A program made the translations under genes and the position numbers. 63,103 nt of DNA from Acidimicrobiia bacterium (GTDB lineage: Bacteria; Actinomycetota; Acidimicrobiia; Spongiisociales; UBA5794). Shown in pieces: positions 57,089 to 63,103 of the stretch. Below the pieces are notes generated by a model. The model worked only from the letters and a program-made list of their open reading frames with translations, ran no database searches and was not told the origin of the DNA. The first letter of the stretch is position 1; every line of letters starts with the position of its first letter. Location of the stretch: NCBI GenBank assembly GCA_032127155.1, contig JAQAZV010000063.1, positions 1 through 63,103 of the forward strand, read 5' to 3'.

Positions 57089-58162
57089 GTGCCTGAGTCG
57101 CCAGCTCCGGCTACAACGAGCGTCGTCGGCAGACTTTCACTCCTGGATCGGTACCTACCGATATGGATCCTCCTCGCCATGGCGACGGGGTTGCTGCTCG
57201 GCAGGGTGTTCAGCGGCCTCAATGACACGCTCGACGCGTTCAAGATCGACACCGTCTCGCTGCCAATCGCGATCGGCCTGCTGGCGATGATGTATCCCGT
57301 TCTTGCCAAGGTGAGGTACTCGAAGATCGGCGACATCACCGCCGATCGGAAGCTGATGGGAACTTCCCTCATCCTCAATTGGGTGGTCGGCCCTGCCGTC
57401 ATGTTCGCCCTTGCATGGATCTTTCTCCCGGACCTTCCCGCGTATCGCACCGGACTGATCATCGTGGGACTGGCCCGCTGCATCGCGATGGTGCTCATCT
57501 GGAACGATCTGGCCTGTGGGAGCGGAGAGGCTGCTGCTGTTCTCGTTGCCATCAACTCTGTATTCCAGGTCGTCGCATATGCGCTGTTGGGCTGGTTCTA
57601 CCTCCAGACACTCCCCGCCTGGCTCGGACTCGACACGGGCTCTACCCTCGACATTTCGATGTGGGCGATCGCCAAGACCGTCGCGATCTTCCTCGGCATT
57701 CCGCTTCTCGCCGGATACCTCACCCGACTATGGGGCGAACGAGCAAGAGGGGTGGAATGGTACGAGACGGTGTTCCTTCCCAGAATCGGACCCGTCGCAC
57801 TTTGGGGCCTGTTGTTCACCATCGTCGTGATGTTCGCGCTGCAGGGTGAAACCATCACCTCTCAACCCTTCGATGTGGTCCGCATCGCCATCCCCCTGCT
57901 CGCCTACTTCGGCATCATGTGGTTCGGATCATTCTCACTCGGCTATCGGATGCACTTTTCCTACGAGAAGAACACCGCGATGTCATTCACCGCGGCAGGC
58001 AACAACTTCGAGCTCGCGATCGCAGTGGCCATCGGTGTTTTCGGAATCGCTTCAGGAGAGGCACTCGCCACCGTCGTCGGCCCGCTCATTGAGGTGCCTG
58101 CCCTCATCGCACTCGTCTACGTCGCGCTCTGGGCCAGACGCCGGTACTACCCGACTCCATAG
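57089..58162 (+). CDS. acr3: ACR3-family arsenite efflux transporter
   Basis: 357 aa (LSLLDRYLPIWILLAMATG...NNFELAIAVAI...), 10-TM BART-superfamily pattern, GTG start. Confidence 0.9.
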   Translation: MPESPAPATTSVVGRLSLLDRYLPIWILLAMATGLLLGRVFSGLNDTLDAFKIDTVSLPIAIGLLAMMYPVLAKVRYSKIGDITADRKLMGTSLILNWVVGPAVMFALAWIFLPDLPAYRTGLIIVGLARCIAMVLIWNDLACGSGEAAAVLVAINSVFQVVAYALLGWFYLQTLPAWLGLDTGSTLDISMWAIAKTVAIFLGIPLLAGYLTRLWGERARGVEWYETVFLPRIGPVALWGLLFTIVVMFALQGETITSQPFDVVRIAIPLLAYFGIMWFGSFSLGYRMHFSYEKNTAMSFTAAGNNFELAIAVAIGVFGIASGEALATVVGPLIEVPALIALVYVALWARRRYYPTP

Positions 58163-58404
58163 GCGACCACACGCATCGGGCCAGACCGCCGACCGCGGCG
58201 GCCGGCCCACAAGTATCGGGCCCACGCGTGGCCCCCCTGCGAAACAGGCAACCACCAACCGTCCCTGAACTCACCGCAGTCACCTCTCCATCAGAAGTCC
58301 GTGCATCCTGACGTGGACGGTTGTCGATGCGAGTGGCAACCCCAACACCTGATCGAACACCCCGAAAACGACGGAAACCCCCAAGACCATGGAGGTATCG
58401 TCTG

Positions 58405-58427
58405 GTGGGCGCTACTGGACTCGAACC
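58405..58427 (-). repeat. 23-nt exact duplicate of the tRNA-Val 3' end (acceptor 3' strand plus half of the T-arm); att-like scar or pseudo-tRNA
   Basis: GTGGGCGCTACTGGACTCGAACC is identical to 58555..58577, exactly 150 bp away. The flanking sequence does not fold into a cloverleaf. Confidence 0.8.
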
Positions 58428-58555
58428 TGAAGTCTCACCGCAGCACCACACCAGTCGCACCCGGGAGCGGCGGGACTGGCGCCAGTTCGTTGGCGATGAC
58501 ATTCGAGCGAAGCGAGACCGAATGACCTTCATCTCGCAGCAACGCTCACAGAGAG

Positions 58556-58629
58556 TGGGCGCTACTGGACTCGAACCAGTGACCCCTGCCTTGTAAGGGC
58601 AGTGCTCTAGCCAACTGAGCTAAGCGCCC
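58556..58629 (-). tRNA. tRNA-Val (anticodon TAC)
   Basis: Manual fold of GGGCGCT-TA-GCTC-AGTTGGCTA-GAGC-A-CTGCC-CTTACAA-GGCAG-GGGTC-ACTGG-TTCGAGT-CCAGT-AGCGCCC-A. 74 nt, CCA not encoded. Confidence 0.93.
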
Positions 58630-58672
58630 GGGGGCGAGATGGTAGGGCACGGGTCGCAGAACCGATGGTTGG

Positions 58673-59449
58673 TCACCTGATGGCGAGCGTGGTTCCTGCC
58701 TGGGTCGTCCTGAGTTGCCCGGACCTCTGCACGAACGACACACCCTCGACCAAGGAATTCGTATTGGTACATCCGCCAGCTGCGTGCGGCTGGTAGTCAG
58801 CGCGCATCCGGCTGATGGCCCTGACGTCCCCAGAGTCGGTAACGACGGTGGCATTGGACCAACGCACCTCGAATCGTGGGGCGTCGCACGGAGCGAAAGA
58901 TTCGACCCACACGACCGGGGCCCTGAGGAACCTGCCAGGAGTCATCAGCTCGCGTACGGTCGTCTGCTCTCCCGACACGAGATCGGTCACCGAACCTCGC
59001 CACGGATAGAGACCGCGTTCCTCGTCATCTGACGTTCGCTCGACAGTCAGCTGATACGGGCGCCCGTCAACCCAGGGGTAGTCCCTGGTGTTCGGATCAC
59101 CCTGGAACGACGGAAGGGACGATTCGGATCCGGCGAGCAGATCACCGTGCTGGTCGTAGCCGCCCCAGTTGGCGGCGGACTGGTTGGGGAAGCCAGGGTG
59201 ATGTTGGAGACCGAGGTGTGCTCCCCCACCGGCCGGTTTGATGAACGCCACCTGCATGGCGAAGAAGACGAGGCGATCGAGATCGGGGCGACGGGTTACT
59301 TCGAGGGTGACACTCGCCGACGTGAGACGCTCCCCGTAGGGGAGATCCCACCACAGGTGAAAGGACGAGGCGCCGTTGGCGCTCGCAGGTGTGCCGCTGA
59401 CTCGCTCGCGCACGCCAGGCGACATGAGGTTCCTGACCCACTCGCGCAT
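58673..59449 (-). CDS. Hypothetical protein, probably beta-sandwich / lectin-like
   Basis: 258 aa with no signal peptide. The pattern LVFFAMQVAF...GGAHLGLQ...NWGGYD recalls DUF3472-like glycan-binding modules, but this is a weak impression. Confidence 0.45.
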   Translation of the reverse strand: MREWVRNLMSPGVRERVSGTPASANGASSFHLWWDLPYGERLTSASVTLEVTRRPDLDRLVFFAMQVAFIKPAGGGAHLGLQHHPGFPNQSAANWGGYDQHGDLLAGSESSLPSFQGDPNTRDYPWVDGRPYQLTVERTSDDEERGLYPWRGSVTDLVSGEQTTVRELMTPGRFLRAPVVWVESFAPCDAPRFEVRWSNATVVTDSGDVRAISRMRADYQPHAAGGCTNTNSLVEGVSFVQRSGQLRTTQAGTTLAIR

Positions 59450-59504
59450 GCCGGAACCCTACAGCCGACACGCTGTCGGTGAAAGCACCACGTACGCTCT
59501 ACCC

Positions 59505-59927
59505 ATGACCGTCGTGAAGAACCGCGTTCTGCGAGTGGTCCTCGGAGCGCTGGGCTGGCTCTTCGTGGCCATCGCGTTCATCGGCGTGTTCGTCCCCGTC
59601 ATCCCGACGACAGGTCCGGTCATCCTGGCGGCATTCCTCTTTTCAAAGTCATCAGATCGATTCGACACCTGGCTCGTCAGCAACCGATTCTTCGGGGCGA
59701 TCGTCCGCGATTGGCGTGAGGGTCGAGGATTCACGGTGCGAGCCAAGGTCGTCGCCGTTGCAGCCGTAGTGCTTTCATTCACGATCACGACCTATTTCGT
59801 CCTCGACGGCTTCTGGATCAGGGGAATCTTCTGGCTCCTCGCTGCGACGATCGCGACCTACATCGTGTCACGCCCGACGAAACCCGCCGAACCCAACGAC
59901 GCCGCGAAGGAGCAGGCTCGGGCCTGA
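59505..59927 (+). CDS. ybaN: YbaN family (DUF454) inner-membrane protein
   Basis: GWLFVAIAFIGVFVPVIPTTGPVILAAFLFSKSS.RF..WL is the family signature. Starts at ATG 59505. Confidence 0.85.
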   Translation: MTVVKNRVLRVVLGALGWLFVAIAFIGVFVPVIPTTGPVILAAFLFSKSSDRFDTWLVSNRFFGAIVRDWREGRGFTVRAKVVAVAAVVLSFTITTYFVLDGFWIRGIFWLLAATIATYIVSRPTKPAEPNDAAKEQARA

Positions 59928-59955
59928 GGTCCGCCATCCCCTGCCTTCATCCCGA

Positions 59956-60306
59956 TCAGGTGCCGCCATCCTTCATCTGCTCCGGACCGACGGTTGGCAG
60001 TTGCTTCGGCATCAAGGGATTGGGGCGATGAGCGTGGTACCTGACCAACTCAGCGGCATCGCACACCGAGCACAACTCGATGGGCCTCGTGCCGAGAATG
60101 GACAGCTGGGTCCCGCGACTCCGCTCGACGATCGCAAGGGGTACGGTCTGGAGGTCGTCGGAGCCGCACGTTTGGCACCGCGAATCCGCGTTTCGAAGCC
60201 AGCTCCTGCCACAGGCGCCACATGACAGCTCGGTCCCGTCCGATGTCTGCTCACCCGTTAGGTCTTCGGACTCGCCGCACGACGGGCAAGCGATGCCGAG
60301 AACCAT
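59956..60306 (-). CDS. Double zinc-ribbon protein (4 x CxxC), unknown function
   Basis: 116 aa from ATG 60306. Contains CPSC, CGAC, CQTC and CSVC. The start shares one nucleotide with the upstream gene's stop (TGATG). Confidence 0.55.
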   Translation of the reverse strand: MVLGIACPSCGESEDLTGEQTSDGTELSCGACGRSWLRNADSRCQTCGSDDLQTVPLAIVERSRGTQLSILGTRPIELCSVCDAAELVRYHAHRPNPLMPKQLPTVGPEQMKDGGT

Positions 60307-61004
60307 CAGCGACTGGCAAGCGCCTGGGTCGCTGCACGGGTGAGTGCCCACGGCCTGCCGAAATCGACAAAGGCGGCCCCGGCCGTCCTGCGACCGTCGG
60401 GGCCGGTGGTCGTCACAACGACCACGTCCCCGTCGGGACCCGAGAGGTCCGCAGCCGACAACTCGACGTCTGCTGCAACGCCCATCAGGCTTCTGACGGC
60501 TCCAAGAACTGCAGCATCGATCGAGCCGTCAGCGCCAACACGTTCCGACCGGCGATTCCCGCCGGCATCTTCGATCTCGACGTGAACCCCATCCTCGGTC
60601 TCGACCACGGCGACTCTCTCCACCGAACCATCGGACTCGGTGGCACCGCCAACACCACCGCCACCATTGATGTGTGGGAGGGTCGCACCGCTGTCAGGGT
60701 CGGCAAGGAGTTCCCCGAGGCCTCTGCCAAGTCCGGATCGCTTCAATGATCGATCGGGAACAACCTTCGTCGGAACGTGGGAGCCCAGGAGTGCCGTCAC
60801 CTTGTCACGCACCTCATCGGGATCCTCCGACCCGTCGAGCCAGATCCGTGCGACCGGCGCCGAGCCATCCTTGATCGTGACCTCAGCGGAAGCGACGCCA
60901 GGTATCGCCTGCAATTGGTCGCTCAGTTGTTCCGATGCCACGCTTGTTCCGATCCCATGCTTGTTCCGATCCCACGCTTGTTCCGACAGCCGCCCACCAT
61001 CCAC
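60306..61004 (-). CDS. Hypothetical protein with an internal ParB-N-terminus-like GLGRGLGELL motif
   Basis: Track ORF of 232 aa. The start is uncertain: GTG 61004 or GTG 60941, and the first 20 codons or so run through 17-bp tandem repeats. Contains KRSGLGRGLGELLADP and a Gly-rich linker. Confidence 0.5.
   Translation of the reverse strand: MDGGRLSEQAWDRNKHGIGTSVASEQLSDQLQAIPGVASAEVTIKDGSAPVARIWLDGSEDPDEVRDKVTALLGSHVPTKVVPDRSLKRSGLGRGLGELLADPDSGATLPHINGGGGVGGATESDGSVERVAVVETEDGVHVEIEDAGGNRRSERVGADGSIDAAVLGAVRSLMGVAADVELSAADLSGPDGDVVVVTTTGPDGRRTAGAAFVDFGRPWALTRAATQALASR
60923..60987. repeat. Four tandem direct repeats with 17-bp period, core TTGTTCCGA
   Basis: TTGTTCCGA occurs at 60927, 60944, 60961 and 60978. 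Three copies extend to (C/T)GCTTGTTCCGA(T/C). The period is not a multiple of 3. Confidence 0.85.
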
Positions 61005-61048
61005 CCGGTGTCGTAACGGAACCCTACCGTCAGATCGTGGTCACGGGA

Positions 61049-61447
61049 TCACACTCGAGATCGAGTTTCCACCATGATGCACGCATCGATCAGAGCCGGA
61101 ATCCCCAGCTCTTCCACCCGACGACGCACGTCCTCGTCGGCGGCTCCCGGTTGGATCCAAACCACGGGATCAGGAAGGGCAGCGACTTCGTCGAGGGTCT
61201 TCAGCGTGAACCGAGGAGGCACGACGATGTTCACGATGTCAGGTGTCTCGTCCATCGCGCTCACCGACGGGTAGGTCGGGTCGCCGTCGACCGTGGTACG
61301 TCTCGGATTGATGGCAGCCACGCGGTACCCCTTGCGCTTGAGATCTCGATAGATGATGCCTCCGTACTTGCCAGGGGTGTCGGTTGCGCCTACCACAGCG
61401 ATCAGGGGATCAGGAAGGCCGAGGCGGGTTGAAACTGGATCACTCAT
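61049..61447 (-). CDS. CoA-binding domain protein (YccU-like, CoA_binding_2)
   Basis: 132 aa (IAVVGATDTPGKYGGIIYRDLKRKGYRVAAINPR...VNIVVPP...VWIQPG). Confidence 0.8.
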   Translation of the reverse strand: MSDPVSTRLGLPDPLIAVVGATDTPGKYGGIIYRDLKRKGYRVAAINPRRTTVDGDPTYPSVSAMDETPDIVNIVVPPRFTLKTLDEVAALPDPVVWIQPGAADEDVRRRVEELGIPALIDACIMVETRSRV

Positions 61448-61517
61448 GGCTTCTCCAACCTCCCCTATGCCCCACTATTCCGGGCCAACCACCGGGAGAT
61501 GGCGAATCGGTCCGTAA

Positions 61518-63103
61518 TCATGACTCCGGGTCCCTGACCTGGCCCAACTCGGCATGTTCCTCGTCGCCTGGATCGGCGAAGACGGTACGCACAGTCTGCA
61601 TGAGGACCGCAACGTCGAGCTTCGTGGTGCGGGTCCTGACATACTCCTCATCCCACTCGGTTCGCTCGGTGAGCCCGATCGAGTCGCGCCCATGAACCTG
61701 CGCAAGACCCGTGACGCCAGGCTTGAGGGTGAACCTGGGGTTGTCGAGACCGATGAGCTCCGCTTCTGCCCGCACGAGGGGACGCGGGCCAACCAGGGAC
61801 ATCGAGCCCTTCAGAACGTTCCAGAAGTTCGGAAGCTCGTCGATCGACCACTTCCTCAAGCGAGCGCCGACCCTGGTCACACGCGGGTCCTCCTCGATTC
61901 GGATCGAGTAGTCCGCATCGTCGTTGGCTTCCTTCAGACGATCCAGGTGCTCCCTGAAGACCTCTTCGTCATGGTCGATCACCATCGTCCTGAGCTTCAC
62001 CATCCAGAAATCCCTGCCATCCCTGCCGACACGCTGTTGGCGGAAGAATGCAGGTCCTGGCGAGTCGAGGCGGACCGCAATCGCGGCGATGAGCAGCACA
62101 GGGAACAACAGGACAAGTGCGACCATCGAGCCCGCGATGTCCATCGACCGCTTCACGACGGTGTACCCGTGGGAGGTCGTCGCCTCGTCAGCGTCGTGGA
62201 GCAGGGCTGCGAAAACGAGGCCGAGAAGGGCAGCGACCTCACCGACAACGAACGCGATCATGACGTGATTGACGGGATCATCGATCGGGATGAACACCAT
62301 GACCGTTGCCACCATGACGGCAAACCCCCACGAGAGGAAGAGTCGAAGGGACTGGCCCCTCGCAACCAGGATCTGGCCGACAAAGAGACCACCTGAAGCA
62401 AGGACGACGCCCGCCCCTGCCAGCGCGGCATCCATACGATCGGGTTCGAAACCCGAGCCGAAAGCCACCGATACGAGGATCGGTCCGACGACGGCGCCGA
62501 CGACCGCACCGAAGGCGGCGAGCGTGAGTGAGGCAATGCCGATTCCCCTCGCCCACGCACGCAACTCGCGACGTTCTCCCCTGGCCGCCATTTCGGTGAA
62601 GGGCGGGAGAACTCGCGCAATCAGGTTGTAGCCGAGTGTCAGCGGAGCCCTGGCAATCAGCAACGTGGCGTAGGTGATTGAGAACTCCGCGTCGGTTGCG
62701 CCGAGCCTGGAGGCCACCAGGGGCCCGGCGAGAAGCAAGGCCTGGGAGGCCGCAGCTGACATGACCAGGCCCGCGAGAAGGCCCTTCTCCGTTGTCTCTG
62801 CCGCCTGCTCTGCCGTGATGCGGGCCCTCGTTCCCGAGGACCTCCAAGGCCTCCAGAAGAAGATGACGAGTGGTCCGATGATCTGGGCCCACGCAAAGCC
62901 CGCGATGGAAGGGGCAACAAGGAAGACGCCGACCGCGATGATGAGTCGGAGAACCGACGCCGCGGCCGATGAGTAACCGTATGCGCTGAATCGCCTGAAG
63001 CCCGCCAGATAGCCCCTGCCAACAGCGAAGAAGAAGTGCAACACCACGGTGAGGACTGCGAACACGATGAACTCCCGACGAGTGGCAGCAGAGGCGTCGA
63101 AGT
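61518..63103 (-). CDS. Polytopic flippase-like (MOP/Wzx-like) membrane domain fused to a bacterial sugar transferase (monotopic phosphoglycosyl transferase); N-terminus beyond the window
   Basis: The C-terminal 210 aa or so read VVKRSMDIAGS...RLDSPGPAFFRQQRVGRDG..F.M.KLRTM...DELPNFWNVLKGSMSLVGPRP. The frame stays open upstream of the track start (63065) to the window edge. Confidence 0.8.
   Translation of the reverse strand, partial: FDASAATRREFIVFAVLTVVLHFFFAVGRGYLAGFRRFSAYGYSSAAASVLRLIIAVGVFLVAPSIAGFAWAQIIGPLVIFFWRPWRSSGTRARITAEQAAETTEKGLLAGLVMSAAASQALLLAGPLVASRLGATDAEFSITYATLLIARAPLTLGYNLIARVLPPFTEMAARGERRELRAWARGIGIASLTLAAFGAVVGAVVGPILVSVAFGSGFEPDRMDAALAGAGVVLASGGLFVGQILVARGQSLRLFLSWGFAVMVATVMVFIPIDDPVNHVMIAFVVGEVAALLGLVFAALLHDADEATTSHGYTVVKRSMDIAGSMVALVLLFPVLLIAAIAVRLDSPGPAFFRQQRVGRDGRDFWMVKLRTMVIDHDEEVFREHLDRLKEANDDADYSIRIEEDPRVTRVGARLRKWSIDELPNFWNVLKGSMSLVGPRPLVRAEAELIGLDNPRFTLKPGVTGLAQVHGRDSIGLTERTEWDEEYVRTRTTKLDVAVLMQTVRTVFADPGDEEHAELGQVRDPES

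Noticed and set aside
58405-58461. A possible second tRNA (the sequence contains CTTCAGG with a TCA triplet, tempting as tRNA-Sec) or a tmRNA 3' end
   Set aside because: Only 57 nt separate the best 5' acceptor match from the 3' end. The T-stem has two mismatches and no D-arm or anticodon stem can be drawn. I treated it as a duplicated tRNA fragment.

Overview
High-GC, gene-dense window (about 70 genes). It looks like an actinobacterial chromosome, possibly Acidimicrobiia-like, but the taxon is only an inference from gene order and the F420 genes. No BLAST, HMM or folding was run. Coordinates and starts were counted by hand and checked against the ORF track, which treats GTG and TTG as starts.

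The centre (about 6.2-36.8 kb, almost all on the minus strand) is a conserved housekeeping backbone: trmD-rplS-lepB-yraN-comM-dprA-xerC-whiG-rpsB-tsf-pyrH-frr-cdsA-dxr-rseP-ispG-proS-rimP-nusA-infB-rbfA-nrnA-truB-ribF-rpsO-pnp. From memory this is the mycobacterial order, but much more compact. ylxR, rnhB and rimM/rpsP are not at their usual positions.

The flanks are more accessory:
- Left flank: an edge-truncated YcaQ/AlkZ-like glycosylase that the ORF track misses, plsC, an imuA'-imuB cassette behind a perfect LexA box, a haloalkane dehalogenase, and a dodecin-CHAD pair.
- Right flank: a TetR regulator plus a Peripla_BP_2 ABC importer, split cofG/cofH (FO synthase), an MFS transporter, IcmF, cytochrome c plus a 12-TM His-motif membrane protein, a CAP-domain protein, ctaA, three small orphan genes, a plant-type LRR lipoprotein, an orphan ACR3 arsenite pump, tRNA-Val with a 23-nt duplicate of its 3' end, a coupled gene pair (ParB-motif protein plus 4xCxxC protein) preceded by 17-bp tandem repeats, and a flippase-like/phosphoglycosyl-transferase fusion cut by the right edge.

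I found no CRISPR array, transposase, integrase or recognisable defence system.

The most unusual items are:
- the LRR lipoprotein;
- the roughly 260-aa N-terminal domain on CofH;
- the roughly 340-aa acidic repeat extension on CdsA;
- the tRNA-Val att-like scar;
- the 17-bp repeats with the ParB-motif/zinc-ribbon pair.
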